Made by a program: the position numbers and the translations under genes. From contig JAQGDQ010000575.1 in NCBI GenBank assembly GCA_030141605.1, positions 73,229 to 137,228 on the forward strand: a stretch of 64,000 bases of DNA, written 5' to 3'. The first letter of the stretch is position 1, and each line of letters begins with the position of its first letter. Below are positions 1-19,108 of the stretch, piece after piece. Below the pieces are notes generated by a model that worked only from the letters and a program-made list of their open reading frames with translations, was not told where the DNA came from and ran no database searches. The DNA comes from Tubiluchus corallicola (lineage: Eukaryota; Animalia; Priapulida).

Positions 1-98
1 GGAAGAAAGGGTATGAAAAAGCATTGAAAAGAAAGACAAGAAGATAAGTAAAGAAAGACAGCGTGATACAGAGTTAAAAACTGTATCGTGATCGATGT

Positions 99-287
99 AT
101 CAGAGTAAATTGCACATTAACGTGAGTAATCAGAGTAAATTGCACATTAACGCGAGTAATCAGAGTAAATTCCACATTAACGTGAGTAATCAGAGTAAAT
201 TCCACATTAACGTGAGTAATCAGAGTAAATTCCACATTAACGTGAGTAATCAGAGTAAATTCCACATCAACGTGAGTAATCAGAGTG
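99..287. repeat. 30-bp minisatellite (CAGAGTAAATTCCACATTAACGTGAGTAAT), about 6 copies
   Basis: Direct 30-bp periodicity; it explains the repetitive ORFs at 74-328 and 95-361. Confidence 0.95.
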
Positions 288-2266
288 AGTTTGCCAATGC
301 TAGATATAGAGAGTGTAAGCAAGCACAATTATTAGTAATGTTCAAAAACATATTTATTTGAATTTTCTTTTGAAGATAAAAATTGATCTTCAAAGTTTAA
401 TATCTTGAATACTTAATATCTTCCACGATTTATAATTCTGTAATACGTTTACACGCCTGTATAAACGTATGCGTACGTTTAAAACAAAACTAAAGAAAAA
501 TATCTTACAATAATTACAACAATTCTGTTTTACTGGATCAGTTTTCATTTACACATTTCTATACTGTAACGCTTACGACGAGTACCACTATGGTCTTTGT
601 TAGCAGCGATTTGTATAAAAAAATTATAAATACAAAACATTTCCTAATTTTGGGTTTTGCAACATATAAAAAATTGTTTTTTGTAATAGCAGTTTGTAAA
701 TTATTGAACATATTTATGCTAACTAAATTTTCATTAATTATTTTTGTAGAGAATTTAGAATCGGAATTCTAATTAAGTAAGCCAGAAACAGGAAATATTG
801 GCGTTGAGCTATTAATTGAATTTCGAGTTTCAGCCGTATCTCATCAGACTGCAACTTATAAGCTCATGGAGAATTTTGCAGATATAGCTAAAAAAATTAA
901 GAAAAAAGATTATAGGACAAAATAGTGTAGACCCAATACTACTCTCCTGCTTGCATAGAAAGATTTCTGTGAAGACAATATTATATATGTAAACTAACAA
1001 TTTAATGCGTTTATATAATACACAGACTTACGTAATATTTAGGATTAATTTGACAATTTCTTGTAGAAATTCAGGAAAATCAGAATGTATAGAATAGGCT
1101 CGTGTGAACATTAACGAGCCTGCATGTGTGAAACGCTCTTAGACAGCTGTTAATCTATGGGTAAAGGGTAAAATACCCAATAGTGTCACACGGTGAACAC
1201 ATTTGGTATAACCTTTATACATGTAAAAGATTTACAAATATTTGGCAACGTAGCTTCAAGACAGGCAAGAACAAGTCATATCTTCAGCACTAAACTTGGG
1301 TACAAAACAAACTTAAACTTGCCAATGTTGCGTATACGTGGAAGCCGCGAAATACTGTTACTGTCATTGTATAATGAACAAAATTATGAAAAAATATTAT
1401 TCAACAAATACCTAACGCGTCTCGTGCTCTCTCAAATCAGTTTAGGTATTTTTTTAAATAACAAATTTCTTTGCATAACTTTGCTGATTGTACCACGATT
1501 GTACCAAAGAAGTGATTTTTAAACATATATAATCAATTTTCTATGCTGGCTATACAAAAACTGTTTAAAAAACGCTTGAAAAATGGGCATTCTTATGTGC
1601 ACTGCGATGGAATAACGTAATCATTAGTAAAATGTATCGATAAAGATGAGAGATTGTGTACTTATTAAAAGACATTGTCACACTAACAGTACAAATTCAG
1701 TAAATGTTTGATAGACTTTTTAGTAGACTACAGTGCCGAAATAACCAAATGCAAAAACTGCTGGCCTTTACTCGTGCGTTCACGTTCAATTAATTAGTAC
1801 GGAATACGAAGCATTTGATTATCGAGTTTTTCTGTCTAACTACGTAGATAAGTCATTTAGAATGCTATTTAGCGTTGCCGTGGAACCTGTTTTATTGCAA
1901 AAGATTCAGAGTATGGAATAACTCTATTGTGACGTCACAGTGATAAAAACTGCCTAGAAACTTAATGAATGAAGAACAACATCATAACGAAAACAGCGTA
2001 ACGACGAAAGTAATCTGTTCGTCAAAAATCCATGTAATATTAGAGAACGTTTTTAAGTACAGAAATATAAGAACTAAACGTAGAAACGTTTTACGAAATG
2101 TAAGCTCAATGTCTATAAAAAATTCTAGGTAAAGAAGCATCAGAACAAAATGTAAGATACATTTCTTTAAATAATTCTTTTTTAAGTAAGGAATGAAAAC
2201 TGTGCAGAACGTTCTGCAAACAAAAAGTATAACTTAAAAGAATTAAAGGTGTTTAATTGTTTTTAC

Positions 2267-2434
2267 CTGCCTTTGTGACCTTGAATACCTGCAATAACCT
2301 GGATGGGTGACCAGGGCTTCACTCTTCAGTTGTGTCAAGCGCTTGTCCGTTGCTTGCGTCACATCCGGCACGATCTGATCGTCCTCAAAAACTTCGTTTT
2401 CGTTAATGGAAACACTACATAAACCCTCTTCCAT
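2267..2434 (-). CDS. Putative first coding exon of an unidentified gene running leftwards
   Basis: gcaATGG start at 2434, 56 open codons (MEEGLCSVS...HPGYCRYSRSQRQ), then a CAG|GTAAAA donor at 2267/2266. ATTGG (CCAAT) motifs near 2735 and 2797 and CACGTG near 2753 lie upstream. Product not recognised. Confidence 0.4.
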
Positions 2435-4399
2435 TGCTTGTCACCGAACGAGTGACCTCTGGTCACTTGTTCTATTCAGTCCTGTTTGAATTTCCTTGTG
2501 TACTTTGGGTATCGAGTTGTATGTTGTGTTGTTTACTGTGTACAGGGCTAGTGCGCTCACAGCTAATGTGTTTGATTAAGCCTGCTGGGTAGCACAAACC
2601 TTTAGCTCATCACAGTCTTACACAGTACAACCAGCACTAGTCTCATTAGTAGTGAGATACAACTGTTTGACTAAGACTAATAAGTGATCTAAACGAACTG
2701 TCTTACATCAGATCTACATTCCTATTCAACGCTCATTGGTCGACACTGCAGTCACGTGCAAAAAATGGGTTGAGCCAAAGCAGTAAGCAAGCGCTGATTG
2801 GATGATATCATTACTCATGGACGGTGTTTTCATGAATGGGGTAACATTGTGCAACGTGTTATCATAAGTTGAGTGTTCACGTATCAGTGACTACTGTCCT
2901 CGGGGTTATAATGAATGGAGCATGTAGAAACGATGACACAGCAATTTGAATGTTTATTCTGGGTTAAACCTGACGACAACTCGCCGCCCGAGGCAGAACG
3001 GCCGAAACTGTTCCGGATTTGGAGTTAAACATCCAAATTTGGTTAAAACTTGATTTTGTTTGTACTTGAACATAGAAAAGTCGTTTCACTGTTCGTGTTT
3101 ACCTTAGTTTTACAGTTCTGCGTTTTAAAAAACAACGCCAAACATAACAGTCCAATTTTGCAATCAATAATTTTAATAACACAAAATGCGTGGGTTCTGA
3201 AAATCTGCGTTAAAAACTAGTCAATCATAAACAAGTCTTATCGAGTTTTCTTGAGAAATCTTTGGCGCCTATAGCTTCCTGTTATGATGTTTGCTGAAAG
3301 TAAAATGATGTTTGCTTTTATATAGGTAACAAACTGAATGCATACAAGCGATTTTTTAACGCTTTTATGACAGCATATATATACGTATTGTGGCGTTCAT
3401 ACAAAAGGTATGTATAATAGCAGATATCGCCTTATAATACTTAAATTATCAAAGAATAATTATTGAAAAAGAGGGCGTAAGCCAAGGTATCTAATCTCAC
3501 ACTTGCTAAGTTGTTTGCTTGAAATTCTGTTTCATTTGCCGTAACTAGTTTTATTAGTTTTATAACCGTAGCTAAACTATGTGATACACATCTGTCATAA
3601 AGTTCTAAAATTAGGAAATCATAAATCAATGTTCCTTTGTACTATTAGCAAAATATGCAGGTAATATTCACTATGGTACTACTGTATGAACGTTATTAAA
3701 TTGTTACTTAAAGAAAATTGTATCTCTATTCTCTGTTTGAGCTTTATGTCTCGTCAAAAGCAGTAGTATAATGTGTTGATTTTGAATAAAATGAGGAGCA
3801 CTGACCATACCAGCACTATTGGTGCCGCCATCTATTGAAAATTAATGCAAGCTTTTGGCGTTTAAAGAATTTTTGTATCTTCTTTCAGTAACCATATTTG
3901 TGAAAACTGTTTCAAGCAATCATCAGGAATTGTCCCGCGAAAAAAATGGCGAACAGACGTTCGTGTGTGAGCAACCTTTTGATACTGCATCTCTTCATTG
4001 TGGTATTTCTAAAGAATTATTTTTATATTGTAATGGCATGCATATTCACTGTTAACAAATTAGTGTAAAGATCTTTCGCATTTTTTGTTAAGTAATCCGG
4101 ATCTTTACTTGATGGCCTGCTTCCGTCTGAAATAAAAAGCTATGTCTGTCTATCCATGAGCATGAAATCAGTATAAATAAGAGGTGGAGTTTAGCCGCGT
4201 ACTGAAAAAGAAGGTAAAGATACGATAAAAGGGTTGCTGTTTTCAGAAATTTGTAAGTAAGAGGTTTGGAAGTTTGTAGTTTGTAGTGACGCCAGTGTTG
4301 CTTTTTCTAGTAAGTTTTGTTAACGTTTCAATTTCTGTGTTCTGAAACTTATTGAACTTTGTGTGTTTCGTAGTTTAAATTGTTTAGACAGAGTAAAGA

Positions 4400-4700
4400 G
4401 AATAGCTGAGTGGTGATGGTGTATGCTCGGCGTCCGAAGCTAAGCAATGCTGAGTATCGTCTGTAAACTAACAGGTGACGGCCACGAAAACTGATTTTGG
4501 TGTTTTTTGTCATGTTTTCTCATAGACGGCGTCTTTCGTAAAAAGAAGATGGGTACGCATTAAGTTTTTGCCCTTGATACGGTTAATTTGACCAAAGTTC
4601 CTGGGAGAGGTAAACGGAACCTTTGACAAACAAATACCGGAGGTGAGAATAAATAGAGTCGAGTCATAATCACCCATGAATCTGGCGTCAAAACAACATG
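4400..4700 (+). mobile_element. Degenerate SINE-like element with tRNA/5S-like head
   Basis: TAGCTGAGTGG (A-box-like) followed by CCGAAGCTAAGCAA...GGTGAC, which resembles the 5S internal control region. Boundaries approximate. Confidence 0.35.
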
Positions 4701-6026
4701 TGCTGTTGTTTTCATTGCTTAGCTGGCAGCCATATTCTATTCGGGCTACTCAGCACAAATCCATGCACATGTGTCAACTGATATCTGTGTCATTAGCTGA
4801 TATTATTCCCATCGCTGCTCTTCGGGGTAAAATACAGATGTCCCACGCGTCGGCTTCGTCTGCTGTGACGTAATCACTTTCACTCATGGTCGCCGAGGAC
4901 TTTGGCTTCATGGGGGCACACAAAACAAACAGTCACTGCTAAAATGTGTTTGTGATTACAAGAATAATTAAGTTTGCCGCCAGTTATACAAACTCGGGTG
5001 AACTGGTCTCTACAAGCAGTCAGTCTATCAGCAGTCTTGCTATCCGTCAGTGTCAGCGACAACGACAGTGTCGGCAACTACAATGGTATTGGCAGTGGCA
5101 GCAGTAGGGATCGTGCCACATAACTTCTAATTTAAAAAGCTGAAAGGTTTGCGCATTTGTTGCAATATATTATATTACCGTTACTAATGTCTGAAAAAAT
5201 GTAACATCCCACATGTTCTAAGACATTAGTGAACAAAATCAATATTTCTAAATTGAAAATATTTTAATTTAAGCAAAACAAACTCCGACTTACATTATTA
5301 TACTCCGAATTACATTTATGTTAATAAGTATATATTATTTTCTGACTTAAGTAAATTCAAACGTAAATATTAACGATCAGAAATTGCATTCGAACAAATA
5401 GCTTTTTTATCAAATCAACGTATTTGTTTGCTTATTTGTTTGTTTGTCGCTTAGTCGTAAGTAGTTCGACCAAGCATCAAATCGAACTACTTTCACCCCC
5501 CCCCCATCAAGCAGTAGGCAATACATGCAGTACTGGATTAACCGCAACCAACCCAAAGTGTGGATCGTAGTAGCTGTTCAGTTCATGGTTGTAGCTCTTT
5601 AATGTGCATAAATTTCAGAAGTCATCATACTTTCTACTCCTACTCAAGATGACATTACATTATTGTAACTCTTAAAACGTTCTTATCAGTCCAATATGAA
5701 TTTATGGTGATAGTCTTCTGTTAAATCAGCGCACCATAGTCGTGCGTCATAATCATTCTTATGTAAGGCAATGTGAGTTTATGACGTACAATAATGTTGA
5801 GCTTAACCACAGTGAAACATGCGTCACAAACTCATGTGAAAGTGACTAAAGACATCTGCTTTGGAAGAATCATGTAACACAGTTTAAACCAACCTTTTTT
5901 GCATAACAGCAACTTGGCTGATATTATCATGGTGACAATTTAAAGTGTGTAAAAGATTTATGAGACCGCCTTTGCTGTTTTTCCCGTTCAGCAAAGTAGA
6001 ACGTGGATCTGCATTTGCCACATAAG

Positions 6027-6570
6027 CTTTTGGCGCCATCTAGGGTCTAAAATCAACTGTTCTGCTTATCACAAAATAAGAAACTGCCTTTGTTTCTTTC
6101 TTGCAGGCTCTCCATAAAGTTATAGTTTTATTGCAGTATATTATGCAAGTATTACTTTACTACAATGTCGACTCACAGATAACTCGTGAGTCTCGTGTCT
6201 AGTTCTGCTTTTGGCGCCATCTAGGGTCTAAAAATCAACTGTTCTGCTTATCACAAAATAAGAAACTGCTTTTGTTTCTTTCTTGCAGGCTCTCCATAAA
6301 GTTATAGTTTTATTGCAGTATATTATGCAAGTATTACTTTACTACAATGTCGACTCACAGATAACTCGTGAGTCTCGTGTCTAGTTCTGCTTTTGGCGCC
6401 ATCTAGGGTCTAAAAATCAACTGTTCTGCTTATCACAAAATAAGAAACTGCTTTTGTTTCTTTCTTGCAGCCTCTCCACAAATCATAGTCTTATGGCAGC
6501 ATATTATACAAGTATTATTTTACTACAATATCGACTCATAGAGGACTTGTGTGTCTCGTGTCCAGTTCTA
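6027..6570. repeat. About 181-bp tandem repeat, 3 copies
   Basis: Units begin CTTTTGGCGCCATCTAGGGTC at about 6028, 6209 and 6390; the third copy is more diverged. Confidence 0.93.
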
Positions 6571-6977
6571 CTGATCGGAACATTAAATGTCGAGTTTTCC
6601 GATTTTATTGCACTTCTTTATAGGTACATTTTACAGAGTTAAAATTACTGCCAAAGGCGTTAAATGCTGTTGTGTCGTACTTTTTAGTATTGCAAGCATA
6701 TGCTCTTTAATATTGTATAGAATTACAGGCATATATTTTTGATATTTTTTATTGAAGATTTCATGTTGTGCTTTCTTATGATTTAACGATAATAATGCTT
6801 CAAACAGACCTTTTAAATGAAGAATTTTTGACATTACTGATCATTTTGTCGGAGCACTCAGCAAGTTCACCTAGAGCAGTTTGTAAATCTAATAATTTTT
6901 TTGCAGCTATGTATAAATACGTTTCCTTTAGCATGAGTACTAAGCTAGTTGCCGACACTACTTCATAAGTGAAAAAA

Positions 6978-7063
6978 TAACCGTGTAGGGTCTATAATAG
7001 GTTGGCATAACTGCCCGGAAAGCAGAAGGTAGTGGGTTCGAATCCGAGTGTAGCGCAAAGTAG
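6978..7063 (+). mobile_element. tRNA-derived SINE head fragment
   Basis: B-box GGGTTCGAATCC near 7035 with a degenerate A box upstream; no tRNA cloverleaf. Confidence 0.45.
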
Positions 7064-7483
7064 CTAAGGTATAATTTATTACAATCAGTATTGCTACACC
7101 ACTTTGCAATATTATAATTCAGTATTTTTGTTAGCCTAGTCAACTGACTACATGTGCCCAAAACTGACAAATTTAAAATGCAAAATGATTGAAAAACTGA
7201 ACTAAATTACAGACAATGTAAAAATGTAAGGAGTAAAAACTATTTACAGGCAGTATTTACTAGGTACGTCTAATAATCATAACATCAAGTTAGTATAAAT
7301 TCTTAGAATTGACTCAAAAATTTTGTTTACGTAAGCACTTTTATATAAACTCTATACAAGCAGTATAAAAGTAATATATAAAGTTGCTTACAGTCTTACA
7401 CTAGTGCAATTGCACGAACTGATCAATGGACTATTTTTCAATGGTAGATTAATGCTACTTATACAGTAGTATCAGATGCCCTG

Positions 7484-10840
<3,357 letters not shown>

Positions 10841-12399
10841 GTTGGACTTTTGCTGAAACAATGTTCAGAAGTGAAAATTATTTAATAGATTCACATTAAA
10901 AACTCTTTAATTTTTGTCTTAGATGTTCTTGCAACAGTCATGACAGACATTATTTAATCTAAGAAACTGTCAGCATGCAAATTTAAATTAGTATTTCTAA
11001 GTTTAAACATTTTTAAAACCTCAAATCTAAATATTTATGAAGACGTTTTATTGAGATTAAATCCTCTAAATGAGTCTATATTGCATTCCACATATTCATA
11101 CAAGTGGTCAAATTGGAAATACTTCACAAAGGTTGCTATTCTTTTTCTTTGTTGCTTCTTATAGAACCCGTTTTCTCGGGTTTAATCAGCGCTGCTACCG
11201 TTGGAATGTGACTGTACATGCATAAGTTAAAAAGATTAAATTTATGCTACATAATATTGTATCCAATCAACGCTAACTTTACAACTACCTGTCTGAAACA
11301 GTTTGAATACTATCTTATTTTGAAACAATTATTATTAGCATTATTTTACAAATACTTACAATAAATAATACAACCAGGCACCCACGCAGTAAAAGTGTGC
11401 ACTGCAGTCTGAGTAAACCAGTCAAGTTACGCACTCCTGCATCTAAGACTTGAGCGGCTTATTGGATCAAGGACAAAACAATCTTCGCCAACAAGAATTA
11501 CTCTGCGAGCCTGCATTTTTCCACTGCACAGGTTTTTGTGAACAAAATTCACAACAATAACAACTTAAGTTTATTTCTAGACTAATTGTGAATTAAAAGC
11601 CCCAATTATTAATTTTTACTTTAATAGTTAATAATTATTTTTATCTTATTTATAATTATTTTATGCTATTTATTTTAAGCCATTTTCTCTTTTCTTTAAT
11701 TGATATTTAGTTAAAAGTTACTTAGTAAATTGTTATTAAGTTACTAGTAAATTGTCAATTTAAATTACTCATTAATAATTATAGTTATGTACTGTATAGT
11801 ATTTCGGGTCTTAAATTTAAGAAATTATTATTCTCTTTTCCATAACTAGTGTCTGAGTTTAAAAAATCTTCAGTGGAGTTAAATTAGGTTCCCTCTAGTG
11901 GTGATGACCAAAACTATTTCTAAGGTAAATTAGTTTGTAAATCCAAGGACCTGCTTGAATTACACTTGTCTATCTAGTGACATCAGGGTTACATCTGGTG
12001 ACTTCTCTTGTCTTTGTCTCTTTGCTCTTGGGGAGGGTGAACATGAATTTTGCAGAGCTGGCAGCCTCTAAGTTTAGTAAGTAGAAAATTATTTATACAG
12101 TGTTTAAATTTTGTTATTTAATTTTAACCATTGTTTTAAACAACCAGTTTATGCAATTTAACCTTATTTATGAAAAATTTAATCATTATCTATATAAATT
12201 AACAGTTGATTTATGTTTCGATAAGATTCTTTTTATTAATTTGGGTTTAAAACAATTTTTATTTTACAGATACTGGATTACGGCTAAAAAATGAAACTAG
12301 ACGAGAATGTAACACCAGACCCCGAAATTACAGATGATTCGTGTTCCTTTGTGGCTTCAATGGTGGCTAAAAGCAGTTCCTGTTGGTACATTAGAAGTA

Positions 12400-12886
12400 T
12401 TGGGAAATCCCTTGTATGTTTGGAAAGTAGGTTACTGCATAGAAAAAAGGCTTTGTAAATGTAGTAAAGATATTGAAACTGCAGAACACATAATATTAAG
12501 TTGTGAATTTTACACACAGATGAGAAACAAGGTCCCTTGGCAAGGAGTAACTGATGAAGAATGCTTGAGATGGCTGTTATTTGGAGAGGGAAAATTTATG
12601 CAGTCTGCCTACTGAAGGACATAATGGTCAAAAGAAGAAGCATTGTGAATGTATAACTTTACAGCTGAAAAGATAAAGAGTAATATATATTTAGCTGTGC
12701 GTAACGGCGGTATAACATTTATAAACCCAAATTTGTTTTGTGTTGTTGTAGCAGTAGAGCAAGCATATGTGTGCGGCTTAGCGTTTTTGAGTGGAAATCT
12801 GCCTAGTAGTACAATATACACTGCTACTCGCCCTGATATAAAAGGGATTTAGGCACCGGACGGATGGATGGATGGATGGATGGATG
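12400..12886 (+). mobile_element. Non-LTR retrotransposon 3' fragment (CCHC zinc knuckle) followed by a (GGAT)n tract
   Basis: RLCKCSKDIETAEHIILSC fits the Cx1-3C-x7-8-H-x4-C motif at LINE ORF2 C-termini; (GGAT)n at about 12862-12886. Confidence 0.55.
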
Positions 12887-13235
12887 TAAAAAGATAACAG
12901 ATTATTTTACAATTCAAAGTCACATTTCAACAACAGCAACAGCTACGACTGCTCTAAACGCTCCATTAGTGGTTTGCACTCACTCTTTTGCGTGAGGTAC
13001 CAGTGATCAGAAGAACCGTTCAGGGTCTATTCATTCTTACACGCGGGAGGATTTATCCGGAGTGCCTTCGTTACAAGAACTTTCTGATATATTCTCTGAG
13101 GAGTTTTCAAATTCATGGACCCGAGTTCTGCAAATCAGCACTCCAGTGCCTGGTAGATCCTCAGTGGAGGCTTCGTTACCAGTTTCGAAACATTTGGAAG
13201 CCAGTGCGTCTGTGGCAAGCATTACTATCCACAAG

Positions 13236-13722
13236 ATTAGATTAGATTACATTTTAGATTTAGTAGATTTATTTTCGCAATAAACATATACATATGCATT
13301 ACATGTGCATCGATAATCAGTTTTTGTTAATATAAAAATATGATACAATTCATGAATTCTGCGCTAGAGACCTAAGAAGCTAGCTTGTGGTAGGCCACTA
13401 GAAATAGTTACGAAAAAAATTACAATATATACAGATACAATATTACAATATATACAAATATGAATACGGGTGCGAAGTAATAAAAATATTATTATACTAG
13501 AGGGGAAGTTTCTGAAAATGAAAAACAACAAATCATGATTGAGTGATCAGTTATATGTTTCAAGTAAGTTTAATTTATATAGTTTTTTAAATATGGACAA
13601 CGAGTTGGCATTTTTAATAGCTGGAGCAATTGAATTCCATATGTAAGGGCCATTGTATTTAATAGAAAATTTTCTAACATTTGTGTTGCACTGTAAGTAG
13701 TGATAGTTAAAACTGTATCAAG
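13236..13722 (-). mobile_element. CR1/L2-group (Crack-like) LINE 3' fragment
   Basis: Minus-strand translation KFSIKYNGPYIWNSIAPAIKNANSLSIFKKLYK, typical of ORF2 C-termini in this group, followed by a 3' UTR and a short (AATCT)n tail near 13236-13260. Confidence 0.6.
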
Positions 13723-16685
13723 TTCTACTGTATCAAGCTCACGCATAGAGAGGACTCAACTTGTACAGGTTCTACCTTCTATTCAGCCAAATACAGATCC
13801 AAAGATTGTTAAAGCAGCAGAGTTTTTTCTGCCAATGATTATTCTTTATACGAGACAACAGAAAATATCCGAGCACATTCCGCTGCAGTTTTGAGGAATT
13901 TGCATCAAGCTGTTTTCCATTCCGAAATCATCAAGCAAGATTTTGTGACCCGAGGAGCACCACAAACGCCTTGGCAAACCTACTATCAGCGGTTTCGTTG
14001 GTTCACTGACGAAGCTGAAGCATTGGTCAAACTTCTAAATGATGAGGTGAATTTTGCACAATTTTTATTATATAAGTATTGTGCTAAATATTAGCTAGTT
14101 TGTTAATTTATTATGAAAACAAGAGAATCTAGAAATTTTTATTCACTGTGTAACCGTAAATTGAATCGCTTATTTTTATATACTTTTATAACTCGTTTAC
14201 ATGTGCATTTTTAAGAAGTATTTTGCATGTAACCACCTTAATAGAACCTGCTAAATTGGATAATATTAATTTTAGAAGTAATGCTAACCTTTCATTTAAA
14301 TTGCAATGTGGTGAACCAGCGCCTTTTGATTTTCGCTCAGGTTGGCAAAAAATTAAACATTCAGAGATCTCAAATTATTTCGTTTACATTCACGACGTTT
14401 AAAATTATTAAAAAGGTTGCATGGTTGTTTGATAAAAGTTTTTGTTAATTGTTCGGATCCATTGCGCATGCGTGTTTATGCAGAAATAATTTCATTTGTA
14501 AATAATTTACCTTACGAGATAAAGCTGTATTTGAATATTTTATGTCGGTTAAACGTAAGGCTGAGCAGCAGAAAGACATTTTTACATTAGATGAGCGTTT
14601 AAATGCTCCGAAAGTTCATAATTTTACTAACTTAGAGTTACCTACAGTTTTAGTGGATTTTTTGTCTAAAGGCCCCGGTTTAAGTGTTTTGGGTGATTAT
14701 TCTCAGAAAACATTCCGTAAAGATTTATGTAGTACTGTTTATTTGGCTTTACATAAATTATTGATACGTCATTTACATTTACATAACGCTGATCCAGTAC
14801 TGCGTCTAAATTCAGTTCTTGATTTACTAAATTATTCTGCGTTACCTCTTAGTATCTCGAAATTTTATTTGGCGTTCTTTAGATCGATTAGAATTAATTT
14901 TAAAACGTCCTTTACGTGTACCTAAACACCATAGTGATCAACATAACCATCAGAAACACATGTTAATTAAAATTAAAGGTTTGGATGGAAGAAGAATCGA
15001 AAGTTGTTTTTCGTTATTCTGATAAAAATTGCGGTTGGGTGATTACACCTCTTGATTAATACTGTGCTGGGTATTATCGTTAAATAAATAAATAAACTTA
15101 AATAAATAAACTTATCGTCAATTATCGTGTTCAGATTATTATAACACTCTTGATCTCAGAGGATGAACTTATCAATTCTAGTCGTGCGCGTATTTCAGAT
15201 ATGATTAGTAAGTTTCATCCTAGCAAAACTTTATGTGGTTTGAGTAAAAAAGAAATTTTGTATATTCAAAAACCTCGTTCTTTTGAAATACCGTTCTTAG
15301 TCTTGGCTGCTGAAGTACATTAATTAGATCAAATCGGACCTGCTTCTTTGCCTTTTTTAACTTGTCGACCTGTTATGACTGGTTGTAATACTGTAAATAA
15401 TAATTTATCTGAAATTTTATCTTTAAAGTTAAATATTTTAATTATTTTGCTTTTTGGTAGAATCTTGTCTGATTTTGGCATATCTGTACTTGTCGATAGT
15501 TCTAAGCAATCCTTTATAACTTTACAAAGTTTAGTAGTAACATGTTTAGATGCTTTAATTCAGTTTGATTTTGTTGAACTTTATACTAATATTACACATG
15601 TTACATCAAAGAAAACAGTTGTAGAGGCTTGTTCTATTTTAAGTGTAAGTAAAAGTATATCTGCTCAGTCATTGCTATTGTTAGAGGAAGCATTGGGTCA
15701 GAATTATTTTAAAGTGACTAGTCATATTTACAGTCAGATAAAAGGTTTGTTTATGGGGAATAAAGCAAGTTTGGCAATATCTAATTTGGTTTTATTGTTA
15801 TGTGAATATAAATTTTTACGAGCTTATAGTACAGTTTTTTCAAAACATATAAAAAATTTTAATCGATTTGCAGATGATGGTTTTTTTATTTATAAATTAT
15901 AACTGTGTCACTTCTTTTCTTTTACTTCACTTGTTGGGTTTTATCCATCTGAATTACAGCTAGAGTTAAAATGTAGTTTTGACAAAGGTGTATTTTTGGA
16001 TTTAGAAGTAAGATTGCTTACTGTTTTTCCTGGGATTGTTTCAGTTTATACTAATATTAAACGTCAACGTCTTTTTACTCATTTGCATTTAGAATCTAAT
16101 CATCCTGATTTTATGTATATCGGTTTTATAAATACGAAGATTTTTAGATTTCGTAATACATGTAATAGTTTGTCAGAGGTGCAGCATAAGTTGCAGTTTC
16201 TTTCGGAAATTCTGGTTCACTTGCATTATCCTGTTAAACATTTGAGACTTTTAAAGCTTTTCCTAAGGTATAATTTATTACAATCAGTATTGCTACATCA
16301 CTTTGCAATATAATAATTCAGTATTTTTGTTAGCCTAGTCTACCGACTACAGGTGCACAAAACTGACAAACTTAAAATGCAAAATGAATGTAAAACTGAA
16401 CTAAATTACAGACAATGTAACAATGTAAGGAGTAAAAACTATTTACAGGCGGTATTTACTAGGTATGTCTAATAATCATAACATCAAGTTAGTGTAAATT
16501 TTTAGAATAGTTTCAAAAATTCTGTTATGCTATACAAGCAGTTTATGCTATACAAGCAGCATAAAAGTAATATATAAAGTTGCTTACAGTCTTACACTAG
16601 CGCAATTGCACGAACTGATTAATGGACTATTTTTCAATGGTAGATTAATACTACTTAGTATCATACAGTAGTATCAGATGCCCTG

Positions 16686-19108
<2,423 letters not shown>

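Larger units (their letters stand above)
11603..16262 (+). mobile_element. Decayed Penelope-like retroelement region with nested insertions, lying between duplication units A1 and A2
   Basis: Frameshifted RT pieces at about 14540-16262: CRPVMT, FDFVELYTNI, YSQIKGLFMGNKAS, RFADD, FLDLEV, ESNHP, LHYP. These are PLE-type RT motifs plus thumb. The frame breaks into the A2 unit at about 16262. The left boundary is inferred only from loss of homology. Confidence 0.75.

Noticed and set aside
2960-3030. Hammerhead ribozyme candidate (CTGACGA...GAAAC)
   Set aside because: Core motifs are present, but I could not form convincing stems I and III around an NUH site. At best a decayed remnant; needs a covariance-model search.
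10841-10861. ORF-track N-terminal extension MFQQKSN of copies 1/2 (also 19109-19129)
   Set aside because: Non-ATG start that crosses the splice acceptor; the real start is most likely MKKRQ.
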